Shown here: positions 42,763 through 53,338 of the stretch, piece after piece
Numbering within the stretch: position 1 is the first letter of the stretch
Layout of the letters: each line of letters opens with the position of its first letter
NCBI GenBank assembly: GCA_963760795.1
Contig: CAVXEP010000007.1
Coordinates: 1 to 64,000 of the forward strand
DNA: 64,000 nt
Origin: an uncultured delta proteobacterium
Lineage (GTDB): Bacteria; Desulfobacterota; Binatia; UBA9968
Reading direction: 5' to 3'
Made by a program: the position numbers and the translations under genes
Notes under the pieces: generated by a model
What the model was told of the DNA's origin: nothing
What the model saw: the letters and a program-made list of their open reading frames with translations, nothing else
The model's database searches: none

Positions 42763-44028
42763 TTAGCGCCGGGCTTCCAGGCTTTGCACATATTCGCGCG
42801 GATTCGCCTCGGCGGGAATAACTTCGGATAATACTAGAATCTTTGACGCATGAGCGGCGCTCGGTTCGCGCAGGAGATGCGGCGGCTCGCGTCCGCCGGC
42901 AACGTCCCGGATCGCCTTCAGCAACAATTTGCGCGCCGCAACGATCGGCTTGTCCGAGCTCACCAGGTTTTCCTCAGTGCGATTTTGCACCGTCCCTTGA
43001 GATTCCGTGGCAAAGGCATCCTGGGCATGGAAATGAAACCCCATGCCGCTGAACGTCTCTGCCCGCATCGACTCGCGGTCCTGCAAATAGCGATTGTCAC
43101 TCTTCCGTTTCAAGTGATTGCCGTCGGTGGTTTCCACGCGAATTCTGTCGCGCAGCTCCTGCGTCAACGCGCGCTCGCGGCTAAAGATGAACGCATACTT
43201 CCAGTGCGCGTGATCGTCGATCGGCACATGCCAGTGCGCCGAATAGCCTTCGCCGGTGGTCGAGCCGTTGAACGCGGCCAGGTTTGGATAGATATAGTTG
43301 GTCACGCGCAGATATTGCCGGCCGTCGCCCGGCTTTCTGATCGTGTAGATGCGCAAGCCAAAGTCGGTGACGTCGACTTCGATGACCGGCATCTGATCCT
43401 TGCTCACCAGCGAGTTGGGCGTGGCGGTGCTGCCCGGAACCACCCGCTGTTTGTCGCGCTCGCTGTCTTGCATATTGCGATGCAGAAACGACAGGTGCAG
43501 CGGATCGATATTGCCCTCGTTGGCTTGCAGATAATTGCAGCTGACTTCGATCTTCGTCACCGCGCGATTTTCCGGCGCGACGGTGAGAAATTCATAGGGC
43601 GGCAGCACCGGCGCATCGCCCGGTCCCATATAGACAAAAATTATCCCGCCCGCTTCGACGCAAGGATAAGACGGCTGGCCGACATCCCAGCGCCGCTCCT
43701 TCTCCGGCAGCCAGTCGCCGCGCAACAACACTTTGCCGCAGGTGTCGAAAAGCCAGCCGTGATACATACAGCGCAGCCCATCGGGCTCGACCCGGCCATA
43801 AATCATATCGACACCCTGGTGCGCGCAGTAGCGGCCGATCAACGCCGGCTTGCCCGCGCCGTCGCGGAACAGAATCAACTCTTCGCCGAACAGCTGCACC
43901 GGGAATGGCTTGTCCGCCGCTAACTCCTCGGACAAAGCCGCCGGCTGCCAATAGCGCCTCATCAACTCACCGCAGGGCGTGCCCTTGCCGGTCTGCGTCA
44001 GTAAATTATTTTCTTCTTCAGTGATCAT
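42763..44028 (-). CDS. Rieske aromatic ring-hydroxylating oxygenase alpha subunit (phthalate 4,5-dioxygenase/LigXa-like)
   Basis: GTPCGELMRRYWQP, CAH...CMYHGW Rieske motif, EGNIDPLHLSFLH, QDAFATESQG. Confidence 0.9.
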   Translation of the reverse strand: MITEEENNLLTQTGKGTPCGELMRRYWQPAALSEELAADKPFPVQLFGEELILFRDGAGKPALIGRYCAHQGVDMIYGRVEPDGLRCMYHGWLFDTCGKVLLRGDWLPEKERRWDVGQPSYPCVEAGGIIFVYMGPGDAPVLPPYEFLTVAPENRAVTKIEVSCNYLQANEGNIDPLHLSFLHRNMQDSERDKQRVVPGSTATPNSLVSKDQMPVIEVDVTDFGLRIYTIRKPGDGRQYLRVTNYIYPNLAAFNGSTTGEGYSAHWHVPIDDHAHWKYAFIFSRERALTQELRDRIRVETTDGNHLKRKSDNRYLQDRESMRAETFSGMGFHFHAQDAFATESQGTVQNRTEENLVSSDKPIVAARKLLLKAIRDVAGGREPPHLLREPSAAHASKILVLSEVIPAEANPREYVQSLEARR

Positions 44029-44060
44029 CGTGAAGATCTCAAATTAAGTAAAGACTGTTA

Positions 44061-44135
44061 TTCACCACGAAAGATCACGAAGAGCACGAAGTTTAAGAAT
44101 TCTTCATCCGAAACCTTCGTGTCCTTCGTGGTGAA
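44061..44135. repeat. Family A gene-less inverted-repeat element
   Basis: TTCACCACGAAAGATCACGAAGAGCACGAAGTT ... ACCTTCGTGTCCTTCGTGGTGAA. Confidence 0.85.
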
Positions 44136-44153
44136 TATTCCCTTCTCAACACT

Positions 44154-45251
44154 CTACTTCAACACAGCCTCGGCTAGCTTCGCGCCCGGCAGCCAAGAGT
44201 TGTTACACTTATCTTCAGTAAAATTCTGCACGCGCCGGAACTCTTCCACTGTCAGAACATCCTTGGCCGCCTGTCCATCCAAACCTTTGGCATCGACATC
44301 GAGCCGGCGCGACGGCTGTTGCGCGGTTTTGTTGTGCAGTTCCTGCCCCTCGCGGCTGAGCAGCCAATTGAAAAATACTTTTGCCGCGTTGGGATGGGGC
44401 GCGCCTTTGACGATGCCGAGGATACCGTTGCCGCCGCTGACGTAGGTGCCTTCCTTCAGCGTCGGCAGATGTTTGACCGGCAGGTTGGCGTCGAGGAACG
44501 CATCGAAGTCACGGAAGCCGACGCCGATGGTCATGGCCAAACTGCCTTTCGCCAACGCGTCGGCAATCTGGCGCGCGTTACGGCTAACGAACAAATCCTG
44601 CTGCGCCAGCTTTCGAATGTACTCCTCGCCTTTGGTATCCAAGAGAAATGCCCACATCGCCAGCCCGCCTCCCGGCACACGCGGATCGCGCAGGCCGATC
44701 TTGCCTTTCCACTTGGCATCGAGCAGATCGTTGTAGCTGCGCACATCCTGCGGCTTGACCAGGTTGGTGTTGTAATAGATCGACGGCGTCATCTGCGCGA
44801 CAAAGCTGTAGAGCAAATTCTTGCCGCTCTGATTGTCGGCCCATAGATGGCCGCCAAACCACTTGGTCGGATCCTTAACTTCAGGGAGAATCATCGCGGG
44901 GGCCAAAGGCTCATAGATATCGGATTTCAGCAGTGAGTTGCCGGTGCACGGTCCGATCAGAAACGCGTCGATCGACGCCACCCCGGCCTGTTTCTCCGCG
45001 ACGATCTTGCTCATCAAGTTCGGTCCCGGCGCTTGGACGAACTCGCTGTCGAGGTCGAAACGTTTTTTCAGCGCCGCCTGCGCTTCGATGCGAAAGTCGC
45101 TGCCCGGCGGCGCACCGATGACGACCTTGCCTTCCTTCTTCGCCGCCGCGATCAACCGTTGCCAATCGGCATTAACCTCCGCAGACCTACCCGGCTGAGC
45201 GGCATTCAAATAAGCCAAGATGACGTATAGAAACACCTTCCAACAGCTCAT
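44154..45251 (-). CDS. Extracellular solute-binding protein (Fe/thiamine/polyamine-type ABC family)
   Basis: AAAKKEGKVV, YNTNLV, DLLDAKWKGKI, APHPNAAKVFFNWLLSREGQ. Confidence 0.88.
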   Translation of the reverse strand: MSCWKVFLYVILAYLNAAQPGRSAEVNADWQRLIAAAKKEGKVVIGAPPGSDFRIEAQAALKKRFDLDSEFVQAPGPNLMSKIVAEKQAGVASIDAFLIGPCTGNSLLKSDIYEPLAPAMILPEVKDPTKWFGGHLWADNQSGKNLLYSFVAQMTPSIYYNTNLVKPQDVRSYNDLLDAKWKGKIGLRDPRVPGGGLAMWAFLLDTKGEEYIRKLAQQDLFVSRNARQIADALAKGSLAMTIGVGFRDFDAFLDANLPVKHLPTLKEGTYVSGGNGILGIVKGAPHPNAAKVFFNWLLSREGQELHNKTAQQPSRRLDVDAKGLDGQAAKDVLTVEEFRRVQNFTEDKCNNSWLPGAKLAEAVLK

Positions 45252-45263
45252 TGCTCGAACCTT

Positions 45264-46269
45264 TCACGACGACGTTAACAAATCGAATATAACTCTCGAT
45301 AATTCTGCATACCGATCGGCCGTCTGGCGATGCTCGATTTCCAAATACACTTTCAGCATCGCCCGGCACAGCGGTGTTGCCACACCCAACCGCTCGCCCT
45401 CGCGAATGACCGCGCCGATAATGCCATCCACTTCGGTCCTCTCGCCGCGCTTCAACCCGCCGCCGGTTTCCTTTTCGTCCTTCCAGCTCCGCGCCATCTC
45501 TTCAACCGCCACCATTCTCTCTGTCGGAGAGCGGCTCGGATGAAAGTCGTTGGGATCGTACTCCGCGAGCTTTTCCAAGCGCGCGCCGGCGGCTTCACCC
45601 ACTTTGACAACCTCAGTGATAAATTCTGCGAACAACCAGCGGTTCGCTTCGCTCTCCCAGATCGCCGGCATCTTGGCATCGGCGATCCAGCTGAGCATGC
45701 GCATGCTGGTAAACGTCAGCTTGCTCCACATGACCCCGTACATGTTATCGGCGATCTTGGTCGGCATCACCGGATCGAGCATATCGTGGAGCGCATTGAG
45801 CTGCGCCGTGCGCTGGCCGTGGATATGACCGATGTAGAGATAGCCATTTTGATAGGTGCGCACATGGCCCGGGGCGATTTTGATACTGCGCATGCGCACC
45901 ACCGCGCCGATGGCGCGGTCGGCGCCGACGCGGTCGGCGACCAACGGCAGATTCATGCCGTTTTGCAGCGACACCACGACCGCGTCGTCGGTCATATGTT
46001 TTACCATCGCATCCAGCACATCCTTCGTCCCCTCGGACCTCACCGCGATCATGACCAGATCGAATTTTCCTGAGACTTCACTCGGAAATAGAATCTGCGG
46101 TTTGACGGTGAACGAATCGTTCGGCAGATCGACGCGCAAGCCGCGCAGCGCGGATGGCCTGAACATGCTCGCGGTCGGCATCGCACAAGATCAGATCATG
46201 GCCGGCGCGCACCAGTCTGCCGCCGATAATGCCGCCCACCTGTCCAGCGCCTATGAGAATTGCTCGCAT
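45264..46269 (-). CDS. Ketopantoate reductase (ApbA/PanE) family oxidoreductase, frameshifted
   Basis: LIGAGQVGG, SLQNG, WSKL, RTEVDGIIG. Confidence 0.8.
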
Positions 46270-46362
46270 CGTATAATTCCGACCCTCGGCAAACGGTCCG
46301 CCCATCTTAATCACGATCGTGCAAAGATGCCAATTGTCCAGAGATGACAGCGGACAACCGGA

Positions 46363-46392
46363 TTGACAGTAAAAACACCCGGACGTTATAGT
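46363..46392 (+). promoter_or_regulatory. Putative sigma70 promoter
   Basis: TTGACA-N18-TATAGT upstream of AGGAG and ATG 46429. Confidence 0.5.
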
Positions 46393-46428
46393 TCCGAGCG
46401 GTCTGCGAAAACGTTAGGAGATACCATC

Positions 46429-47417
46429 ATGCGCCGAATCGTTTCATTCAGTCGTCTCTCTGATTATCTGTGTGCTCTCTCGTGAGCGTCGCCACAGCCC
46501 AAGAACGCATGCGCATCGCCTGGGCCGGCAGCACGCCGTCGAACACGCCGATCTGGGTCGCCGACCAGAAAGGCTTTTTCAAGAAGAATGGCCTTAACGC
46601 CGAGGTCATCAGCATCAGCGCCAGCACCATAGTGATCCAAGCGCTGCTCAGCGGCGAAGTCGACTTCATCATCGCGCCATCAGCCACACTGGTAACTTCG
46701 AAGATGGCGGGCGCGGACACGGTCATGGTGTCGACCAACCTGCCGCTCTTCATCGATCACATCGTGTCATTGGGCAACATCACCAGCGTCGAACAACTCA
46801 AAGGCAAAATCGGCGGCGTCAACCGCTTGGGCACGACCTCCGACATGACGCTCCGGCTCGCCCTGCGCCGCTTGGGAGTGGACCCGGAGAAGGAAACCAA
46901 AATCATCGCCACGGGAGAAAATCCCCAACGCCTCGCCGCGCTGGCCAACAACATCACCCAGTTCACGCTCTTAGGCGAGCCGCTGGTGCGCGAAGCCGAA
47001 AAACTCGGCTTCCGCGATCTCTACGACATCGGCACGTTGAAGATTCCCTATCACGTCAATGCCATCGTCACCCGGGAAAAGACCGTCAAAGAGCGCCGCC
47101 CGCTGGTGCAAAAAGTCGTGCGCGCCTTCACCGAAGCGCTGCACTACATCCACACCAACAAAGAAGACACCAAAGCGCTCATCGGCAAGAATCTCAAAAC
47201 CAAAGACCCCGAAGGACTCGAGCGCGCCTACAAAGCCTACAACGCCGCCTTTCCCGAAGTTCCTTATCCGCACGCCGAAGGGGTCAAAACCCTGCTCGAC
47301 GACATCGCCCCCCGCGACAAAAAAGCCGCCGCCGCCGATCCGAAGAGTTTCGTCGATATGAGCTTGGTGCAGGAATTGGAAGCGTCGGGGTTTATCAAGC
47401 AGCTTTATAGAAGATAG
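46429..47417 (+). CDS. ABC substrate-binding protein, NMT1/THI5/SsuA-like (5' frameshift)
   Basis: PIWVADQKGFFKKNGL, LKGKIGGV, FVDMSLVQELEASGFIKQLY. Confidence 0.88.
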
Positions 47418-47517
47418 CGATCTGCCAAACTCTGACAAATAGGCAGGAGCAGACAAATACGACGGAGGAACAGCCACGCAATCATCGACAAACAACCCGC
47501 CGCTCCGATCGTTCCTG

Positions 47518-47981
47518 TTGTCAGAGGTCCTTAACTTCGTGAACCTTGCCCGCTCATGTCCGGGGGTAAGCCGCATCGCTCTCATCGGTTCGCTGACGAC
47601 ATCCAAGCCCCAGCCAAAAGATGCCGACGTGCTCGTGTCAGTCGCCGATGACGCTGATCTCACAATGCTGGCAAGGCTGGGCGCAGCCTCAAAGGAAAGG
47701 CCCAAAGCCAAAACTCCGGCGCCGACATCTTTCTCGCCAATCCCGAGGGCGAGTACATTGGCCGGATATGTCACTGGCGCGAGTGCCGGCCTTTCATTCG
47801 GCTCGCGTGCGACGCACAGCATTGTGGCAAGCGCGAGTTTCTTCACGACGACCTCGACGCCGTCACTCTTGCAGCGAAGTTGGTGAAAGAGCCTCCCGTT
47901 GAGCTCTGGCCAAAAGTTGTACGCCGAATCAAAGTTCCTAAAGATGTAGAGGCGCAGTTATTACGGCCTTTGGAGGCATAG
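47518..47981 (+). CDS. Nucleotidyltransferase-like protein with a Cys/His-rich C-terminal part (frameshifted; start unclear)
   Basis: RIALIGSLTT..PKDADVLV (GS + DxD). After a frameshift ~47685 it reads GADIFLANPEGEYIGRICHWRECRPFIRLACDAQHCG...LRPLEA*. Confidence 0.6.
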
Positions 47982-48092
47982 CTCCCGTCGTGACAACAAA
48001 ATCGGCAATTCCTGACGATTGTACAGATGAGGCGAAAGGAAATTATTCAGATCAGGTGACGTGCAGGCATGAGGCAGCAGCAATAAATGGGA

Positions 48093-48207
48093 AGGGCGAC
48101 CAGCCGGTCGCCCCTACAAATCCGAATTCTTTTTTTGCGCCCTTTGCGTTCTTTGCGGCCAAGTCTTCCGAATCCCAACTTTGTGACTTTTGTGCTCTTT
48201 GTGGTTA
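48093..48207. repeat. GTAG-type REP hairpin plus family E (CTTTGCG) units
   Basis: AGGGCGACCAGCCGGTCGCCCCTAC; related copies at 52345-52369 and 61585-61608. CTTTGCG units also near 1614, 11807, 13975-14080, 54378 and 61540-61645. Confidence 0.7.
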
Positions 48208-48220
48208 AATCATCCGACTC

Positions 48221-49303
48221 CTAATTCAACCCGTAAAACACCCGCGGATTGTCTTCGACGATTTTCTTGTGCATGCCGGCGCTGATGCCGCCGTCGTCTT
48301 TCAGCGTCGTCAACGCGTCTAATTCGGTCGACGAATCGGCGTGGCCGTAATCTGTGCCGATCATCAGAGTATTTTCACCCATGCAGCTCTTGATCAGGTA
48401 GGGCACATCGTCGCCGATCTGACAGGTGACGAAGATGCCGGACCGCTCCAGCAGATCGTTGGGCAATTTTTTGTTCACCGTGTCCAAGCGGCGGCGCAGC
48501 TCGTAGATCACCCAGGGCACCCAGGACGCCGCGGTCTCGATAAAACCGAAGCGCAGCTTGGGGAACTTCTGCGGGATGCCGCAATTGAGGATGCGGAACA
48601 TCGCCCCGACGTTAAAAATCCGATACTGATTGAAAAAGTCGCGGCTGCCGTCCGGGTTGACCATCATGTCCACCGCCGCGGCGCTGCCGTTGGCCTGGTG
48701 TAGGCCGATGCAGAAATTCAACTTCTCGGCTAATTCGTACATCGGGAAGAAGTACGGATCGCTGATCTGCCGCGCCCCTTCGAGGGGGCGCATGAACACC
48801 CCGCAGCCGCCGTTTTCCTTGGCGAACTTCAACTGATCCAGCGCATCCGGCATGCTCAAGAGCGGCAGCGTCGCCATCCAGCGCAGCCGCCCGTTGCTCT
48901 GTCTCCAGACATCCGCCATCCAGCGATTGTAGGCGCCGCACAACGCCACTTCGGTATCGGCGCGCTCGGTGACCTGATCGAGAAAGATGCTGGTGTAGAG
49001 CACCTGGATATCGATCCCCAGCTCGTCCATATGCTTGACCCGCCCCGACACGTCGGCAAGATCGCGGGTCGCCATGGTCGTCGACACATCGCGGCCGATC
49101 TCGGCGGACTTCTTGTCGAGATCGTCCTTGCTGAAGGTAAAGCGAAACAAACCGCGAATCTTGCCGTCGATGACCCAATGGGCTTTCTGGTTGTCGTCTT
49201 CCGGCTTGAATAGCTGGGGGCGAAACTTTTTTTCCGATGGTGTCAGGTAGTCCCAAGTCAGCGGACTTTCAACGACATGCGCGTCAGCGTCTACCCATCC
49301 CAT
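48221..49303 (-). CDS. Amidohydrolase_2 family protein (decarboxylase/hydratase-like)
   Basis: VDADAHVVE, MDELGIDIQVLY, AYNRWMAD, FPKLRFGFIE, GTDYGH. Confidence 0.88.
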   Translation of the reverse strand: MGWVDADAHVVESPLTWDYLTPSEKKFRPQLFKPEDDNQKAHWVIDGKIRGLFRFTFSKDDLDKKSAEIGRDVSTTMATRDLADVSGRVKHMDELGIDIQVLYTSIFLDQVTERADTEVALCGAYNRWMADVWRQSNGRLRWMATLPLLSMPDALDQLKFAKENGGCGVFMRPLEGARQISDPYFFPMYELAEKLNFCIGLHQANGSAAAVDMMVNPDGSRDFFNQYRIFNVGAMFRILNCGIPQKFPKLRFGFIETAASWVPWVIYELRRRLDTVNKKLPNDLLERSGIFVTCQIGDDVPYLIKSCMGENTLMIGTDYGHADSSTELDALTTLKDDGGISAGMHKKIVEDNPRVFYGLN

Positions 49304-49399
49304 AGCGATTTCCTCCGTCAATCTATTTTGGATTTGTGATATTGGATGGGCGATCTGCCGACTTCGACCTCTAACCTTAGACTGTCGGCTATTACCTTC

Positions 49400-50165
49400 T
49401 CAATGCAGCACGGCGCCGCCATTGACAAGAATCGTCTGGCCAGTGACGAACGTGCTCAGATCTGAAAGCAGATACAGCGCCGTCCCGACCAGATCTTCCG
49501 GCTGCTCGATGCGCTTGAGAATGCGCGTGGTCGCCGTCCGTTCATAATTCTTCAACGCTTCGTCAGTCGCTTTATCCTCGCTCATGGTCGCGCCGGGCGC
49601 CAGCGTGTTGACACGAATATTATCCCCGCCCAACTCGCGCGCGAGCACGCGGCTGAACCCTACCACCGCCGCCTTCGAAGTCACATAGTGCATCATCGTC
49701 AAGCCGCCGTTGAACGCCATGTTCGACGAGATATTGACGACGCTTCCTTGTTTACGTTGCTGCATGGCGGGCACCACCGCTCGGCTGGCATAGCCACAGC
49801 CCTTTGACGTTGACCGCCATGATGCGGTCCCAGGCTTCTTCGGTGATATCCTGCCAGCTGCCTTTTTCCGCCGGCACGCTCATAAAAATCGCCGCGTTGT
49901 TGATCAAGCCGTCGATCTGGCCATAGGCGCCGAGAGCTTTTGCCGCCATCTCTTGGCAGCTGGGAAAATTCGCCACGTCGACTTTGGTCGCAAGCGCTTT
50001 GCCGCCCTTGTCGGCGATCGCTTTGGCAACGCCGTCGGCGGCCTTATCATCGATATCGGCGACCACTGCCGTGCCGCCTTCACGGGCGATCCCCATGCAA
50101 TAGGCACGGCCAATGCCATGTCCGCCGCCGGTCACCACCACCACTTTGCCGTCTAGTAAACCCAT
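49400..50165 (-). CDS. SDR family oxidoreductase (frameshifted)
   Basis: TGGGHGIG, NNAA, YVTSK, NIRVNTLAPG, VTGQ. Confidence 0.9.
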
Positions 50166-50281
50166 GAGCAGTTCTCCTCTAGCAGCAATACTTATCGCAA
50201 TTACCGTCAGGACTTCAACGCGCTATCGCGACCGACCGAGTCCGACGTTGAACCTTGAACTTTTGAACCTTGAACGCACAA

Positions 50282-51338
50282 CTAGGGCTTGAGAATCTTT
50301 TTCAATTTCGCTTTCAGCTCCGCCGGCAAGCCAAAAAACTCGTTGACCAGCTTCTGCACCTGCGTCGCTGACACCGGATCGATGTCGAGCTTGCCCTTGT
50401 CCGCTTCGGCGAGAAATTCTTTATCGGCGAAAGTTTTGGTCAATGCCGATTCCAAGGCCGCAGCGCGGTCGGCCGGAGTCCCCGGTGGAACCGTGTAGAC
50501 TTTGGCGAATTGATTGGGCGCGTAGGCGCCGAATCTGAGCAGCTGTTGCTGCTCCTCGGTCTTGGCGATCTGCGCAATGGTCGGCACGTTTTTGACCGGC
50601 AGCGCCGCGATCGGCTGATCGCCGACCTGCGCGAGGATTTGCCAATCGCCGTTTTTGACCCTGTCCAGCGACGTCACCTTGGTCGATTCCCAGCTATTGA
50701 AAAATCCGTCTAGCTCGCCGCTCTCCATCGCCAGGCGCACGTCGGCAGTGCCCTTGTAACCGCTAACGACCTTGATGTTCGCGCCCAGCAGATCTCGCAA
50801 CAGCATCGGCCCCTGTTCCACCGTGGAGCCAGGGATGCCGCCGATGGTGAGCTGCTTGGACTTGGACCCGATCAGGTCGTCAAACTTTGCGATGCCGGAT
50901 TTTTTTGTCGCCAGCAGCAGATAGGTCTCGCCGATCGGCACGCCGAGAAAGCGAAACTTCGCTAGATCGAATTGCACGGCTGGATTGCCAAACTGCTGCT
51001 CCAAGATAATCTGGCCGCTGAAATTGCCGATCACCGTGCCGTCTTTGGGCGCGGCGTTGAACATGTGGTTGGCCAGGATAATGCTGCCGGCGCCGGCCAT
51101 GTTTTCGACGATGATACTGGGATTGCCGGGAATATGTTTGTGCAAATGCCGGCCGATCAGCCGCGAATAGGCGTCGTAGCCGCCGCCGGCGGAGAAGCCG
51201 ACGATGATTTTTACCGTCTTGCCGCGGTAAAAATCCGCCACGGCCTTGTCATCCGACCGCGGCAGCCCAAGCTTGCCCGGCCACGGCCAAGCAGGCGATG
51301 AAAGATAGCAGCTCAAATAGTGCGAATAACTTTTTCAC
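50282..51338 (-). CDS. Bug/TctC family substrate-binding protein (5' frameshift)
   Basis: DFYRGKTVKIIVGFSAGGGYD, PKDG, GYKGTADVRLAMESGE; GGAGG RBS before GTG 51338. Confidence 0.88.
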
Positions 51339-51519
51339 GACTACCTCCACGGAAAAGACTCTTTGGTAAACTGGGCTATCACTGCGCTCCAATGGCTGTC
51401 AACCGTCGGTCGAATCGAGCGGAAATAACGCCAAGCTCTGGACAGCGGTTTATAAGTGGGATACCGAATCAAACGACTAATCTTCGGACTCACGGACCGC
51501 GAAACTGGAGGAGATTACA

Positions 51520-52317
51520 ATGGCCGGCCCCGAACACAAATTCACCGAAGTCCAGGGCATCAAACTGCACTATTTAGAATGGGGCGAGGCCGGCAAACCC
51601 GACCTGCTGCTCGTCCACGGTTGGACCAACTTCGCAGCGAGCTGGACCGGGGTCGCCGAAAATTTTCGCGACCGTTACCACATCGTCGCGCCGGATTTGC
51701 GCGGCCACGGCGAATCCGACAAACCGCAAACCGGCTACCGCTTGCGGGATTTCGCAGAAGACATTCGCCAGTTGATTAAGAATTTAGAATTGACCAAGCC
51801 CGCCTACGTCGGCCATTCCTGGGGCGGCAACATCGGCACGATCCTCGCCGCAGACTCGCCGGCATTGATCTCTCGCGCGTTCCTGGAAGATCCGGTCTAC
51901 TGGCGCATGATTCACGCCTTCATGACGAGCCTGCCCGGCGCGCTGGCACGGCGCGCCAAACCGGAAGCGGAGATCCGCGCCGAAGCGCAGCAAAAAGGAT
52001 TGTCAAAAGCAGACGAAAACCTGGAAGTCTATAAAGCGCATCACTTCTCGCCCCACGCCCTGACCCGCCTCCAGACCGACAACCGCGACTGGGCCATTGA
52101 GTTTGAGACTTACTTCAAGCGCATCGCCGTGCCGACGACGATCCTGGTCGCCGACCACAAAGCCGGCGGCGCCATCATGCGCGAGGAAATGACCTACCTC
52201 CAACGTATCGCATCGCCCCAAGTGAAATTGGAATTCTGGGAAAACGTCGGCCACGGCATGAAGGCGGCCAAGCCGGCGGAGTACAACAACGCATTGGAGG
52301 CGTGGCTCAAGCAGTAG
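51520..52317 (+). CDS. Alpha/beta fold hydrolase
   Basis: LLVHGW, PDLRGHGES, GHSWGG, C-terminal GH. Confidence 0.9.
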   Translation: MAGPEHKFTEVQGIKLHYLEWGEAGKPDLLLVHGWTNFAASWTGVAENFRDRYHIVAPDLRGHGESDKPQTGYRLRDFAEDIRQLIKNLELTKPAYVGHSWGGNIGTILAADSPALISRAFLEDPVYWRMIHAFMTSLPGALARRAKPEAEIRAEAQQKGLSKADENLEVYKAHHFSPHALTRLQTDNRDWAIEFETYFKRIAVPTTILVADHKAGGAIMREEMTYLQRIASPQVKLEFWENVGHGMKAAKPAEYNNALEAWLKQ

Positions 52318-52379
52318 CGGTTAATCCGCGTGAAATGGAATTTCGCAGGGGCGACCGGCCGGTCGCCCTCTTCTCGTTA

Positions 52380-53210
52380 CTACCCGCTGTGCTTCTTCAC
52401 CCATTCAAGAATGACCGCATTAGTCTCTTCCGGCGCCTGCCAGAAAAACCCATGGGACTGGCCCTTGAGCATTTTCATTTCGGCACCGCGGATGCGCTCC
52501 ATCAGCACTTGAGCTTGCGCCCGGTGATTGCTGCCAACCGTATCGGCCTCGCCGATCAGCACCAACGTCGGTGCCTGGACATCGCCGAGCCGGTGCGTGC
52601 CTTCGAAGTTGTGGCGCGCGATGCACAGATGAATGAACGGATCGAGCTTGGCGTGGGTCGCCCAGGCGACTTTGAAAAACGCTTCGACCTGATCGCGGTG
52701 CGCCGTGCGATAATCCTTGGTGAAAAATGTGTCCGACTCGACGATCTCATCGTAAATAAATTTCTCGAAGCCCATCTCGACCATGTCGTATACCAAGCGG
52801 TGCGGCAAACCCGGCACGCAATCCGAACCGGCCCGGCCCGCGGTACCGGAACCGCTCGCCGCCATAATCAGGCTTTTTACTTTGCCGGGAAAGTTTTGCG
52901 CCAGCGACAATGCGATGCGCCCGCCCATGGAGTGGCCGATGAAGTGGGCCGCCGGCAGTTTCAAATGATCCATCATCGCGACGATGTCCAAGGCCATCTG
53001 CTCGATGGTGTAAACAGATTGCGTCGGCACCGAGCGGCCGCAGCCGCGCGGATCGTGGAAGATCAATTGCAGAGAGTTAGCCAGCGGCATCTGCCAAGGC
53101 TTCCAGACCTCGCCGGAATAAGCCGTCGACGGCACGAAGATCAGCGGCTCTCCGTTGCCGTGGGTTTCGTAATAGAAATCGACACCGGTCGGTAGTTTTA
53201 CATTGGGCAT
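52380..53210 (-). CDS. Alpha/beta fold hydrolase
   Basis: DPRGCGRS, GHSMGG, GEAD, SHG. Confidence 0.9.
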   Translation of the reverse strand: MPNVKLPTGVDFYYETHGNGEPLIFVPSTAYSGEVWKPWQMPLANSLQLIFHDPRGCGRSVPTQSVYTIEQMALDIVAMMDHLKLPAAHFIGHSMGGRIALSLAQNFPGKVKSLIMAASGSGTAGRAGSDCVPGLPHRLVYDMVEMGFEKFIYDEIVESDTFFTKDYRTAHRDQVEAFFKVAWATHAKLDPFIHLCIARHNFEGTHRLGDVQAPTLVLIGEADTVGSNHRAQAQVLMERIRGAEMKMLKGQSHGFFWQAPEETNAVILEWVKKHSG

Positions 53211-53253
53211 GGTGCGCTCCTTTGCCTGTGACTCAGCGGCTTCGGCCCATGAA

Positions 53254-53338
53254 AGATTTCTCGCTGCGCTCGAAATGACACAGCTAGCGTAGTTCATAGA
53301 GCGTCGGCATCTGTCATCCCGAACGCAGTGAGGGATCT
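53254..53338. repeat. Family G palindrome (GTCAT...ATGAC type)
   Basis: AGATTTCTCGCTGCGCTCGAAATGACA ... TGTCATCCCGAACGCAGTGAGGGATCT; related elements at 60238-60318 and, degenerate, 13209-13259. Confidence 0.75.

Noticed and set aside
2109-44135. CACGAAG, GTTCAAG and GGAGTA repeats as CRISPR arrays
   Set aside because: They are inverted arm pairs made of 7-9 bp units, not direct repeats with unique spacers, and there are no cas genes.
401-51338. Frameshifts in more than a dozen genes as mass pseudogenisation or programmed frameshifting
   Set aside because: Both halves of each gene remain well conserved, no slippery motifs are shared, and errors cluster in the repetitive kinase gene. Long-read consensus error is the simpler explanation.
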